From: Octopus bimaculoides
Taxonomy: Eukaryota
DNA: 53,264 nucleotides
Assembly: GCF_001194135.2 (NCBI RefSeq)
Contig: NC_068982.1
Span: 136,982,676-137,035,939, forward strand
Reading direction: 5' to 3'
The position numbers and the translations under genes are program-made. The stretch's first letter is position 1. Each line of letters opens with the position of its first letter. The notes under the pieces were generated by a model. That model had not been told where the DNA came from and made no database searches. It worked only from the letters and a program-made list of their open reading frames with translations. Shown here in pieces: positions 22,810 through 36,005 of this stretch.

Positions 22810-23251
22810 AATACCTACGCTGAACTAGTGAGAAATCTGTAGTTACTCTATCCAGACTACAAGTTCAGGTTTATACCTGTAATTATTGGGGCCCTGGGAT
22901 ATATAACACACTACCTAAATACCAATCCTGAGAAATTAGGCTTCTCAAAACTAGAAAGGAGAAAGCTAATTCAATGACTACAGATCCAATCCATCACTGG
23001 AACTGTAAAAATCTGTGAAACTTTACAAAAGTTTATTATTTAAATATATATGAGCATGTCCTGATATGCAACTATATGCATGAGAATACATACATAAAGC
23101 AAAACATAAAATCTGCACTTATACATACATAAATACATACAAACAAAAAATACCCTGTTGTTGATGTTGAAATTCCAATGAAGGAGCCTTGAATCTAGGT
23201 TAGAAACCAGGTCTTTCTCTATTGGCAAGATATCTTGAAATAAAACTGAAC
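22810..23251 (+). mobile_element. 5'-truncated REL-type non-LTR retrotransposon (second lineage), ORF end plus 3' UTR
   Basis: NTYAELVRNL*LLYPDYKFRFIPVIIGALGYITHYLNTNPEKLGFSKLERRKLIQ*LQIQSITGTVKICETLQKFII*. The 3' UTR motif gttgaaattccaatgaaggagc is shared with 36905-37785. Confidence 0.85.
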
Positions 23252-23263
23252 AATGACTGACTG

Positions 23264-23294
<31 letters not shown>

Positions 23295-23297
23295 ACA

Positions 23298-23455
23298 GAA
23301 TTCTTTCAGTTTCTGTCTACCAAATTCTCTCATGAAGCTGTGATTAGCCCAAGGGTATAGTAAAAGACATTTTCCCAGGGTGTAATATATTGGGACTGAA
23401 CCTGGAACCATGTGGTTAGGAAGCAAACTTCTTAACCACATAGCCACCCTTGTAC
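23298..23455 (-). mobile_element. SINE family A head
   Basis: Reverse-complement match. Confidence 0.75.
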
Positions 23456-24002
23456 CCATTATAGTTTAAATATTTACAGACTGTCACATTGGTGTTTACA
23501 TAGCTAAACACTACCGGATGGTGTCGAACAGAGTCCCACAACAGATTAACATTCAACAACATATCTAGGTTGAAAATATCTGAAACATTCAATCACTAGA
23601 ATAAAAATCAATAGATCTACTCAAGCAGAGCTAAGTGTAGCTAAACAGCAACCAGAACAAGTACTACCCAAAGTTAAATGTCAACATAAGACCAAACAAA
23701 GATGAATAATAGATCATATAAAGACTGTTTTAAATTCTTCCAGGGTCAGCTTGACATTTTGGTGTTGACCAGTTAATAAAAATTGATAGCAGTGAGCTAA
23801 AATAAGTATCCATAAGAAATAGACGGAATAAAATCAAATCTAATATACTGAATCTGTATTCTGCTCCAAACTATTTTATCTCTTTGTTATTCCAATGATA
23901 TTATGAGTTTCCTAAAATTAGCTCTGTACTAATATAGGCCACTTTGTTTTTATTTGTGGCAGATAAGAGAAAAAAAAAACATTAAGAGTATAAAAGATCA
24001 AA

Positions 24003-25160
24003 TTATTCTTTTCTGCTCTAAGCACAAGGCCTGAAATTTTTGGGGTGGTGGGGCCAGTCGATTAGATCGACCTCAGTATGTAACTGGTACTCAATTTATC
24101 AACCTCGAAAGGATGGAAATTGTAGTTGTGGCCGATGCCAGTACTCCCTGAGTGGCTGGCTCCCATGCTGGTGGCACACAATAAGCACCGTTCATGCGTG
24201 GGTTGTTGCCAGTGCCGCCTGACTGGCTCCCCATACCAGTGACATGTAAAAAGCACCATCCAAACATGGTCGATACCAGCCCCCCCTGCCCAACTGGCTC
24301 CTGTGCCAGTAGCATGTAAAACGTAGCATCCAAATATGGCTGATGCCAGTGCCGCCAGACTGGCTCCCATGCCAGTGGCACGTAAAGAGCACCTACTACA
24401 CTCTCAGAGTGGTTGGCGTTAGGAAGGGTATCCAGCTGTAGAAACACTGCTAGATCAGATTGGAGCCTGGTGCAGCCTCCTCGCTTGCCAGTCGGCACTC
24501 AAACAGTCCAGCCTATGCCAGCATGTAAAATGGATGTTAAACAATGATGATGATGATGATGATTATCATTATTATTATTATTAAGACTGTGGCCTTATAG
24601 AACTGTTAGCACGCGAAGCAAAATGCTTCATGACATTTTGTTAGTCTTTATATTCTGGGTTCAAATTCCACAAAGTTTGACTTTACTTTTTATCCTTTTG
24701 TTGGTCAATAAAATGAGTTCCAACTGACCACTGGCACTGATATAACTGACCAGCCCCTCCCACAACATGTCAGACATTGTACCAATGGTAGAGAAAAATT
24801 ATTATTATTGTAGCAGTAGTGGATGTGACTGTGTGGTAAGTAGCTTGCTTCCCAACCACATGATTCTGGGTTCAGTCTCCCACTGCATGGCACCTTGGGC
24901 AAGTGTCTTCTACTGTAGCCTCGGGCTGACCAAAGCCTTGTGAGTAAATTTAGTAGATGGAAACTTTAAGAAGCCTTTTACATGCCACCAGCATGAGGGC
25001 CAATCAGGCGGTACTGGCAATGACCACGCTTGAATGGTGCTTTTTACGTCCCACTGGTATGGGAGTCAGGCAGGCAGCACTGGCAAAGACCACGCTTGAA
25101 TGGTGCTTTTTACATGCCACCAGCATGAGGACCAGTCAGCCAGTACTGGCATCGACTGAC
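24003..25160. mobile_element. Retroposon cluster: C(-) 24003-24118, B(+) 24126-24562, C(+) 24600-24805, A(+) 24825-24975, B units(-) 24975-25160
   Basis: Each segment matches a family core defined elsewhere in the window. Confidence 0.8.
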
Positions 25161-25955
25161 ACTGGCATAAAAAAAATTCCATTTGATCACTGGGCTTAAT
25201 GTAACCAACTTACCCCTCCCTGCGAAGTTGCTGGCTTTGTGCCAAAATTTGAAACCAACATTTTTATTATAATTAGTTCCATTAACAACATAATTATTAG
25301 AAGCTTATATATTTTCCTATCATTTTAAGTGTACCATTTTCCTTTCACACCATAATTTCTCTGTTAACAAGATAAGCTAATCAACTGACATCAAGCATAG
25401 TGAGGTGTCTCACTTTAGTTTGGTGTCTGTGAAGGGAATAAATTGAATTATAAATTAGCAGTTAAGATTTTAATGTAAATGATATCTGTCGTTATAAACA
25501 CAGTTTGAGACAGAAACTGGCAGGCGATAAATGCATGATTTGATTGCCATCAATGGGTCTCGTTTGGTCTTCTGCTTCTCAGTGAAGCTTATAATGTACA
25601 ATAGCATTTACAGTGAAATCTTGACAGTTAATTGGTAATAAAATATGAGTTTAATTTCTTTTGTCTATGCCTGTGCTTGGTTAGAGAAGTGATGTTTAAG
25701 TGTAAAGCAAAGCAGCTACCTGTTCGTGTGTATAGGGTATATCAAACTGGTATGACTCCACAGTTTGAATGGTACTGATGATCTTGTCTTAAGATCCAAC
25801 ACTAGAGAGCCAATCCAGAACATGGGGCCTTACATCAGTGAGGGGGCTGTTCTGTGTCAATAGATAATTGAAGTCAACATGAAGGAGTACAGTATATATA
25901 TATATATATATATATAAATATATATATATCTATATATATATATATATAAAATTAA

Positions 25956-26085
25956 AATTATTAAAAATTATAATACAGGGTATCAAGAGATACCACCACG
26001 CTGAAAAAATAGCAGTCAAATCCTGACTCCAAAAACCACAATAGATACCCACTCTTGATACCCTGTATTATAATTTTAAATAATT
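25956..26085. repeat. Inverted repeat, 34-bp arms (1 mismatch), 62-bp spacer
   Basis: aattattaaaaattataatacagggtatcaagag pairs with ctcttgataccctgtattataattttaaataatt. Confidence 0.93.
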
Positions 26086-26305
26086 ATTACCTTTGATGGT
26101 TTTTATTCCCATGCTGACCACTTGATAAGATCAATATTTTAAATACCGATCTTATCCTTATTTATATAAATATATATATATACACACACACACATGGACA
26201 CATATATGGATATGTACATGCACTCAGATATACAAATATATGTACATATATACACATGCATGCATATACATACNNNNNNNNNNNNNNNNNNNNNNNNNNN
26301 NNATA

Positions 26306-26343
<38 letters not shown>

Positions 26344-27127
26344 AATATATATATATACACACACACACATGGACACATATATGGATATGTACATGCACTC
26401 AGATATACAAATATATGTACATATATACACATGCATGCATATACATACGCAGATGTGCGTGTGTGTTATGCACACACACACACACATATGTAGATGCATA
26501 TATTCATGCACACTAAACACGTGGACAGGGATGCATACATATATACAGAAATACAACCCAGCACATACACACATGGATAGGTGGAAGGGGAGAGAGGGAG
26601 TTCACTGAATTATTATTATTTCACTGTACTGTATTTGGAAAATGCAAATCTGGCATGGTGGGTACATCTGGGTATTTTCTCATCATGCTTGTTTACCAAG
26701 TTTTCATTACTTAACAGGATGTACAAGGCTTCCTCAAGGCACAAGTCACATACACCAGATAATATATTATATGGGTATGCATTTTTTATTATTGACCATT
26801 TTATTTCAAATTCTATTTTTCTTTCTTTTAAATCTCCATATTATGTCTGCTAGTGATATTGTGTGTCACCAGCTTACCTTTCAGAATGAGGAGACATGGT
26901 AACAATAATGGACCTTAAACATCGTCAGTGCTACTGACGATGATGACATTGCTGATGATGATAATTGGGGGGAGGGGCAGTGGTGTTGGTGTTGATGGTA
27001 TCATAGCAGCAACATTGTGGTAAGAAATGACTATACAAATGGTGGGTGCTGGTGGTGGTGGCAGTAATGGTGGTGATGGTGGGGGAGGGGGTTGGGGTAA
27101 TGCTAATGCTGCTGCTGATGCTGGTGC

Positions 27128-27160
<33 letters not shown>

Positions 27161-27489
27161 CAACAATGACTACAATGATACTGAAGATGAAGATGATGAT
27201 GATGATGATGACTAGCTTTGTAAGTGAAGTTGCTTCAAACAAAAATTCAAATTTAGCAAGAATTCACTTCATCAGGAACTTACTTACTTACCATTCTACA
27301 AAAAGAAAAAAAAGCGCTACGTAAGATGTTATTACAAATAGTCAAGATTAAGTATTGAAAGATAGCATTGTGGCAAAGTTGGAACATTGTTTGGTAAAAT
27401 AAATATATTTCGTTGAATATTAAAATACTTGGGTTATAAATAATGCAACAAATAAGAAAATGATATGGCAACTGAAGAGAAATATATTA

Positions 27490-27622
27490 TTTAAACATTT
27501 CATCCATAATATACATACTTACATATATGCGTGTGTGTGTGTACATACTGCATTCATACATACTAAATATATATACATATATGTGCGTATGTAATATGTG
27601 TGTGTGCATATGTATGCATGTA

Positions 27623-27678
<56 letters not shown>

Positions 27679-27772
27679 TACATACATATATACATGCACA
27701 TATAATTATATATGCTTCAAAAATATACATATGTATGCTACATACATGCACATATATATATATATAGATAAA

Positions 27773-27804
<32 letters not shown>

Positions 27805-28400
27805 TAGTGAGAGAGAGAGAGATAGACAGACAGACAGATAGATAGATAGATAGAAATATAGATAGATAGATTAGATAAATGGACAGACGGAGGGACAGAC
27901 TGATAGACAGACAGACAGACAGATAGATAGATAGATAGAAATATAGATAGATAGATTAGATAAATGGACAGACGGAGGGACAGACTGATNNNNNNNNNNN
28001 NNNNNNNNNNNNNNNNNNNNNNNNNNNNNNNNNNNNNNNNNNNNNNNNNNNNNNNNNNNNNNNNNNNNNNNNNNNNNNNNNNNNNNNNNNNNNNNNNNNN
28101 NNNNNNNNNNNNNNNNNNNNNNNNNNNNNNNNNNNNNNNNNNNNNNNNNNNNNNNNNNNNNNNNNNNNNNNNNNNNNNATATATATATATATATATATAT
28201 AAACACACACATACATATATACATACATACATCCAACGTGCATACTTTCATACAATTACGTACTACAGAGATACAGACATACATATACACACCCATGCAT
28301 AAATACACACACACACACGCACATATATACTCATACAACATATACACAATTATATGCTTGCACATACATACCTACACACCAAAATACACTTGCATGCAAG
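27490..28400. repeat. Compound (TA)/(CA)/(GATA)/(GACA) microsatellite field with an N-gap
   Basis: Read directly from the sequence. Confidence 0.97.
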
Positions 28401-28756
28401 CAGACAAAAGGATGCTTACTTTTATTTATGGAGGTGGTGACAGAATGATTGTGTATCAACGTTTTTTATGTTTGTTATTTTTTCTTTTTTTTTTCTATCT
28501 TTGGTTTTAATATAACCAGAACACTGATTTCTTTTCATAGACTCAATGCAACCAGCAAGAGAATAAGATTTAAAAGATTAAAAAACAAACAAGAAAAAGG
28601 AGGAGGAGAAGGAGGAGGATGTGATGAACAGCATTCCTTTTTCAATCAATGTGAAAGTCACATGAAAACATTACACGAAAGCTAAACTTTTAATATAAGT
28701 TGCAGACAATCTCAAATATTAAAAAAAAGAAAAATGAGGACGAGATAAAGTAAGTA

Positions 28757-28788
<32 letters not shown>

Positions 28789-29359
28789 TATCTATCTATC
28801 TTTCTTTCTATCTCTCTCTCNNNNNNNNNNNNNNNNNNNNNNNNNNNNNNNNNNNNNNNNNNNNNNNNNNNNNNNNNNNNNNNNNNNNNNNNNNNNNNNN
28901 NNNNNNNNNNNNNNNNNNNNNNNNNNNNNNNNNNNNNNNNNNNNNNNNNNNNNNNNNNNNNNNNNNNNNNNNNNNNNNNNNNNNNNNNNNNNNNNNNNNN
29001 NNNNNNNNNNNNNNNNNNNNNNNNNNNNNNNNNNNNNNNNNNNNNNNNNNNNNNNNNNNNNNNNNNNNNNNNNNNNNNNNNNNNNNNNNNNNNNNNNNNN
29101 NNNNNNNNNNNNNNNNNNNNNNNNNNNNNNNNNNNNNNNNNNNNNNNNNNNNNNNNNNNNNNNNNNNNNNNNNNNNNNNNNNNNNNNNNNNNNNNNNNNN
29201 NNNNNNNNNNNNNNNNNNNNNNNNNNNNNNNNNNNNNNNNNNNNNNNNNNNNNNNNNNNNNNNNNNNNNNNNNNNNNNNNNNNNNNNNNNNNNNNNNNNN
29301 NNNNNNNNNNNNNNNNNNNNNNNNNNNNNNNNNNNNNNNNNNNNNNNNNNNNNNNNNNN

Positions 29360-29524
29360 CACCCACTACACTCTCTGAGTGGTTGGCGTTAGGAAGGGCA
29401 TCCAGCTGTAGAAACTCTGCCAAATCAGATTGGAGCCTGGTGTAGCCATTTGGTTTCACCAGTCCTCAGTCAAATCGTCCAACCCATGCTAGCATGGAAA
29501 GCGGACGTTAAACGACGACGACGA
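29360..29524 (+). mobile_element. Family B 3' segment
   Basis: cacccactacactctctgagtggttggcg...ggacgttaaacgacgac. Confidence 0.9.
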
Positions 29525-29632
29525 TATATATATATATATATACACATACATATATATATATATACATACATATATACACACATACACACACACACACACA
29601 CACACATATATATGTATATGCATGTGTGTGTG

Positions 29633-29706
<74 letters not shown>

Positions 29707-29989
29707 TTGGTGTATACTGTTCCCAGTGTTATGAAAAGGGAAGAAGTAGAAAAATTGATGTTATTTCTCAGAACTAACTGAAATATAGGTGAATGCATGT
29801 GTATGTATGTATGTATGTATGGAGTGAGTTATAGTAGAATGTGGAGTTGTTGGTAGGTGAAAGATATTTACGATGAAGTCCACCCGTGTGCTAGAGAGCA
29901 GTTGGCTGAGTTAAAAGTTCTGGTACTGGACAAGAAACACCAGAATAGAAAGCCATTGGAATACTTATTTGCTGAGATGGAAAAAAAAC

Positions 29990-30188
29990 ATAGGCGTAGG
30001 AGTGGCTGTGTGGTAAGTAGCTTGCTTACCAACCACGTGGCTTTGTGTTCAGTCCCACTGCGTGCCACCCTGGGCAAATGTCTTCTGCTATAGCCTCAGG
30101 CTCATCAAAGCCTTGTGGGTTGATTTCGTAGATGGAAACTGAAAGAAGCCTGTCATATATATATATATATATATATGTATATGTATAT

Positions 30189-30229
<41 letters not shown>

Positions 30230-30330
30230 TCTGTCTGTGTTTGTCCCCCCATCACCATCGCTTGGCAACCAATGCTGGTGTGTTTACATCCCCCATAACT
30301 TAGCAGTTCACCCAAATAAAAGAGTAAAAG
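29990..30330 (+). mobile_element. SINE family A with an internal (TA)(TG) microsatellite
   Basis: Colinear with 5886-6200. Confidence 0.85.
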
Positions 30331-30744
30331 AGATCTTATCCTCCCCTCCTCCTCCTCCTCATCATCATCATCATTGTCCTTTAAAGTCCGTTTTATATGC
30401 TGGCATGTTTTAGATGGTTTGACAGGAGCTGACCAGTCAAAGAGTTGCCTGGGCTACATTATTACTTTGGCATGGTTTTTATGGCTGGATGCCCTTCTTA
30501 ACACCCCAAGAATGTGTTTCAATGCTAAGAATTGAACCCAGGCCACCTGGGTGAAAACCAGAAATGCTAACCTCTACAGACACACGCACACACACAAACA
30601 TACACAAGAAAAGGCACAAACAATGGGCTTATGCATTCCTTTACTTGTGCTTTTCCTTGTATATCACTCTGTATGAACGACTAGTTTAACTGGGAATGCT
30701 TTCATAGATTTACAAAACAGAATGGTGATGGACTATATAGGTAG

Positions 30745-31080
30745 ATGGGCTCCGAAAGGAGTTTCAGGGGGTAGTGTCCCTGCCTTCTTGAGATAGTTTT
30801 CCACCACATTTCTTAAAATTTGTGGTTGAGGCCTTGGTCTTGGGACCACTCTTGTCTAGAAACTGAGGTTGGGAGTAAGCAAGGGCATGTTCCCTGTAGA
30901 AAATCCAGCTCCAAAAAAGCCTCATGACAGCAAAGGAGAATGGGCACCAGCCAGCCTAAAGGTTGGGGTGGGCTGCACCTGCCTACCTCAGTTGCTATGG
31001 CATTGAGGTAGATCCGACCACCCTTGTTAACAGGGACAAAACCCCAATTTAAAACACTGGATGATGATGATGATGATGAA
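30745..31080 (+). mobile_element. Unclassified (GAT)n-tailed element (family G), copy 2
   Basis: Aligns with 13233-13570. Confidence 0.8.
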
Positions 31081-31889
31081 TGGTGATGGACTATAACCTT
31101 GGAACCTGCCATAGACTTACGCAGAATTCTTTACCAATCTAAAACAATTTTGGGAGCCTGATGTATTTGTATTAACAGAGAACTTATGAAATGCTTTGCC
31201 TGGATTGACAATCCTTCATTAATAACTCTTTATTCTGATATGTGCGTGTATGTGTGCATGTATATATATATATATATATAGATATATATAGATATATATA
31301 GATATATATTTATTTATTTATTGCAATTTTTGAATAACTGTCAGAGACCAGAGCTCAATAGAGAACTCAACGATATATTATATACAAAGAGTCTATATAT
31401 ATTTTATTAATGAAACTATTGCCTGGAATATTACAGTTGTTTCAATACATCATTGTATCTTGTCAAAGTTCACAATAGATATATGTATTGTGAATTATCA
31501 CTTCTTATACATGGATAAGACCCAAAACAATCAGTTTCATGACAATATCATACAGAGGAAAATGACCTATCACACAGAAAAATATTATTAAAATATGCAT
31601 CAAGATAAACAATAAAAATTAGAGAAAATTAATGCACTATTAAGAATCTGTTTCATATTTTGCATTTGTACGTAGGATATCTGCCAACAGAGATTACTAA
31701 TGAATGTTCTATGTACTATTATTGGCCATGCTGGAGCACAGTGCTAAAATAAGGATTTTGTTCGAAATGGGAATGAAGTCATCTCCATCATTATGACAGC
31801 ACCACTCAGCTGAAGGGCTGAGGTTACAAGGGCCTTGCAGGTTACTTGGTGGCCTCACTAATGCTGGTGTCATGAAAAATGCAGTCCTC

Positions 31890-32140
31890 TGGCTCATCAG
31901 CTCCTCTCCAACTACCAAATCCATGCTAGCATCAGAAACACTGGAAAGCTGCACCAGGATCCAGTCTGATTTGGCATGGTTTTCAACAGCTGGATGCCCT
32001 TCCTAATGCCAACCACTCCGAGAGTGACACCGGTATCTGCCACAACTGCATTTTTGTTCAGCTTGATGGGTCTTCTTCTCAAGCATGACATAATGCCAAA
32101 GGTCTTAGCCATTGCCTCCATGAGGCACAACACTCAAAAG
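31890..32140 (-). mobile_element. Family B variant, including an RTE ORF-end remnant
   Basis: The minus strand has gcttgagaagaagacccatcaagc...ctcggagtggttggcattaggaagggcatccagctg; similar to 38132-38570. Confidence 0.75.
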
Positions 32141-32569
32141 TGTTTGATTAAATATTCTTCTTTCTCTCTTTTTCTTTCCTTTTATTCTGTCGTCTTCTGT
32201 TTTCTATTTTTTTCTGTCTTTTTCTTTTCACCTGTTATAAAATTGTAACTTAAAAACTAATGATATCATTCCATCAACGTATGGACACTGGTTGCTCTCG
32301 TTCATACTTTACATTTAAATTTCTGTAATTTTGAAATTTTATCACTTCTTATTTTGAACTTGACAAAGACAGACATAATGTTGAAATATCGTTCAACTAA
32401 TAAAATATCTTACAATCGAATCATGCTCTTCATCTTGACTACTAGAACAACATGATGTACAAAACCAAATATATGGCATCCTAGGCATAACACCAATATG
32501 AACTTCTAACTTGTCTCTTGAGGTCTCTGGGTGAGACTTGTACAAAGGCAAAGCAAAAGTCAAACATAA

Positions 32570-32630
<61 letters not shown>

Positions 32631-32633
<3 letters not shown>

Positions 32634-33789
32634 CTCTACTGAAACTACAACCTACCAAGCCATAATTGCAATAATATCACAGAGAATTTGGCAGATAACA
32701 AAAAGAGCAGAAGGGTACTGAAAAGACTCATGTTACTGTAAAAACCAGTTATTGATCATGAAAGCCATAACTGAAAACTGCAAAGGAAAAAAGGAAGTGT
32801 TTAAGCACACTAGGATTGATTGCTAAAAGGCTTTTGACAGTATTCTCCACACATGGATCATTAAACATTTTGGGAATAAATGGCAAACAATTTCTGCAGC
32901 CACAGACAAAAAAGTGAGTTATTAAGACTAAAGCCATACCCATTAGAAGAGGAATTCTCAAAGGAGACACTCTTTCCACTTCTACCCTGACTGGACTGAC
33001 ACTTTTAACCCATTAAGTCCCACTGTCCTATAAATAGGACATTAAATGAGAACATTAAATAAGCTATATCACATTGTCTCAGTGTCCTATTTATAGGACA
33101 CCAAGAATTTCCATTTCTACTTGAAGTAAAGGGGTTTAATAATTATTTTTTTCATGTTAACCTATTTCCAATCATCTGTAATAATCATCAAAGTAATATT
33201 CAGGAATTTAAGTACTCTGGGACTTAATGGGTTAAGCGCCATGCTAAACAGAACTAGATATGGATATAACTGCTATGTAAAAACAATCAACCCTCTCTTG
33301 TGTACGGATGATCGATCGCAAGCTGTATGCTGCAAATGATAAACAGCTGGAAAGATTATTACAGACAATGAATAGGTTTACCGAAGAAAGAAATTAAAAA
33401 ATTCAGCTTAAAAAAATGTGACAAAGCAACCTTGAAAAGAGGAAAACTAATTAAGAATAATAATATCACACTCGATAAAGAAAAGGAAATAAGAGAATTA
33501 GACCAAACCCAGACATACATATACTTAGGAATCAATGAACTAGATACTGTACATGAGCAAATGAAAGAGAAGATAAGGAAAGAATACTAAAGGCAAGTTA
33601 GATTAATACTTAAAACAGAGCTCAATGCAAAAAAAACAAGATAATTGGTATCAGCAGCTGTCCCAGTTATAAGCTACAGTTACAATATTCTTAATTGGAC
33701 ATTGAATGAAAAAAACTAAACTAGACAGGAAAACAAGTAAAATAATGATGGAATTTAGAATACATCACCCAAAATCTGACATAGAAAGG

Positions 33790-33825
<36 letters not shown>

Positions 33826-34388
33826 NNNNNNNNNNNNNNNNNNNNNNNNNNNNNNNNNNNNNNNNNNNNNNNNNNNNNNNNNNNNNNNNNNNNNNNNNNN
33901 NNNNNNNNNNNNNNNNNNNNNNNNNNNNNNNNNNNNNNNNNNNNNNNNNNNNNNNNNNNNNNNNNNNNNNNNNNNNNNNNNNNNNNNNNNNNNNNNNNNN
34001 NNNNNNNNNNNNNNNNNNNNNNNNNNNNNNNNNNNNNNNNNNNNNNNNNNNNNNNNNNNNNNNNNNNNNNNNNNNNNNNNNNNNNNNNNNNNNNNNNNNN
34101 NNNNNNNNNNNNNNNNNNNNNNNNNNNNNNNNNNNNNNNNNNNNNNNNNNNNNNNNNNNNNNNNNNNNNNNNNNNNNNNNNNNNNNNNNNNNNNNNNNNN
34201 NNNNNNNNNNNNNNNNNNNNNNNNNNNNNNNNNNNNNNNNNNNNNNNNNNNNNNNNNNNNNNNNNNNNNNNNNNNNNNNNNNNNNNNNNNNNNNNNNNNN
34301 NNNNNNNNNNNNNNNNNNNNNNNNNNNNNNNNNNNNNNNNNNNNNNNNNNNNNNNNNNNNNNNNNNNNNNNNNNNNNNNNNNNNNNNN

Positions 34389-34483
<95 letters not shown>

Positions 34484-35592
34484 TCAATGCCAGTAGGGAA
34501 AGTAGACATTAAACGACAACGATGATGATGATGAGAACCAAGGAAACTGATATGAATAGTCACAAAGCATGAGCAAAACAAAAATCATTTTCAGTCTTCG
34601 AGAAAGTCAAAAAGTTGAAGAAAGAAGTCATAATATCTGATAAATATGAAGACGAAGAAGAATCAACAAAATCTACGGAGCAACTAAAATCTAAGCTAAA
34701 ACTGAAACTACAAAATATTCAGATAAAATGATGCCAAGAAAAGCTTTTGCAAGGCAAATACTGGTAAAAGCTACACAGGAAGGAAAATAGACAAAGTAAA
34801 ATCTCATCATTGGTTGAGAAGCTCAAGGCTCAAAGCAGAGCCTGAAGGGTTTTGAATTGCTGCTCAAGAAGAATCTCCCAGCGAGAAACCAGCAAAACCA
34901 CAAAAAGAAGAAAAATACAATATGTTGCTAGAGAATATGTGGTGATGAGAAGAAACAATAAATCATATTGTCTCTGGTTGCCCATTCCTGGATAAGAAGG
35001 AAAATATTCACAGATATGACAGAGCTGAGACATATATAAATTGGAAGCTGCACTGACACTGTAGAATAACTATAAAAAAAATGATACAAGCATATCCCAG
35101 AAACAGTGATAGAAAATTACAAAGCAACTATACTCTGGGATATGCTGGAGTAGCAATAGAGAAATCAAGGTTAAAAGACCAGATTTTGTTGTCAGAGATG
35201 ACCAAAAAAAGAATGTCTTCTTATCAGGATATCAGTCCCAAATTATGACAAAGTATCTCTAAAAGAAACAGAGAAACTCTTGAACTACAAAACTCTGGAA
35301 ATAAAGATAACCCAAATGTGGAGCCTAAAAACAGAAACAATCCCTATGATAAAGGGTGCATTAGGTATGATTATAAAAACATACAGTCAAACACATATTC
35401 AAAACACAAGGACTTACAAAAATACATAACATACAGAAAATAGCACTATGAGGCACTGCATACATCTTGCATAAAGCACTTTCAATACAATAAATACAAT
35501 AACACTGAAACAAACCACAGTACATACCCGCAAGGCAGAGAGAGTTGTGTTCAGTAGTGCAGTGAAATCATGTGAGAAACACAAGATTACTG
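32631..35592 (+). mobile_element. Large degenerate R4/Dong-like non-LTR retrotransposon (RT, CCHC, REL) inside (TAA)n
   Basis: Ordered motifs: EQKGY*..KNQLLIMKAI..IDC*KAFDSILHTWII; RRGILKGDTLS; CTDD..KLYAANDKQLE; YIYLGINE; HHPKSDIERLY; WLRSSRLKAEPEGF*IAAQE; C*RICGDEEETINHIVSGCP; ILWDML..KRPDFVV..PMIKGALG. Flanked by (AAT)n at 32571-32630 and 35593-35644. Interrupted by a MITE, microsatellites and an N-gap. Confidence 0.92.
33009..33231. mobile_element. piggyBac-type MITE with 14-bp perfect TIRs and TTAA TSD
   Basis: TTAA(33005-8)|cccattaagtccca...tgggacttaatggg|TTAA(33232-5). Removing it restores the RT frame (LTGLTLLSAMLNRTRYGY). Confidence 0.95.
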
Positions 35593-35645
<53 letters not shown>

Positions 35646-35647
35646 GG

Positions 35648-36003
35648 TATAGGCATAGGAGTGGCTGTGTGGTAAGTAGCTTCATTATGAACCACATGGT
35701 TCCAGGTTCAGTTCCGCTGAATGACACCTTGGGCAAGTGTCTTCTACTATAGCCTCGGGCCGACCAAAGCTTTGTGAGTGGATTTGGTAGACGGAAACTG
35801 AAAAAAGCCCGTCGTATTTATATATATATATATGTTTGTGTGTCGGTGTTTTTCCTCCCACCATCGCTTGACAATTGATGTTGGTGTGTTTACATCCCCG
35901 TAACTTAGCGGTGCGGCAAAAGAGACTGATAGAATAAGTACTAGGCTTACAAAGAATAAGTCCTGGTGTCGATTAGCTCAACTAAAAAGACGGTGCTCCA
36001 GCA
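35648..36003 (+). mobile_element. SINE family A, near full length
   Basis: Colinear with 5886-6250. Confidence 0.9.
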
Positions 36004-36005
36004 AT

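Noticed and set aside
26150-26450. ~100-bp duplicated microsatellite-rich block around an N-gap
   Set aside because: Same gap-overlap artefact pattern.
26879-26930. Minus-strand accATG TCT CCT CAT TCT GAA AG|gtaagc, a possible first coding exon phase-compatible with the 9562 acceptor
   Set aside because: Only six codons and a donor motif; no independent support.
29857-29990. ORF start VKDIYDEVHPCAREQLAELKVLVLDKK
   Set aside because: Short, runs into a SINE, has a weak acceptor, and no recognised homology.
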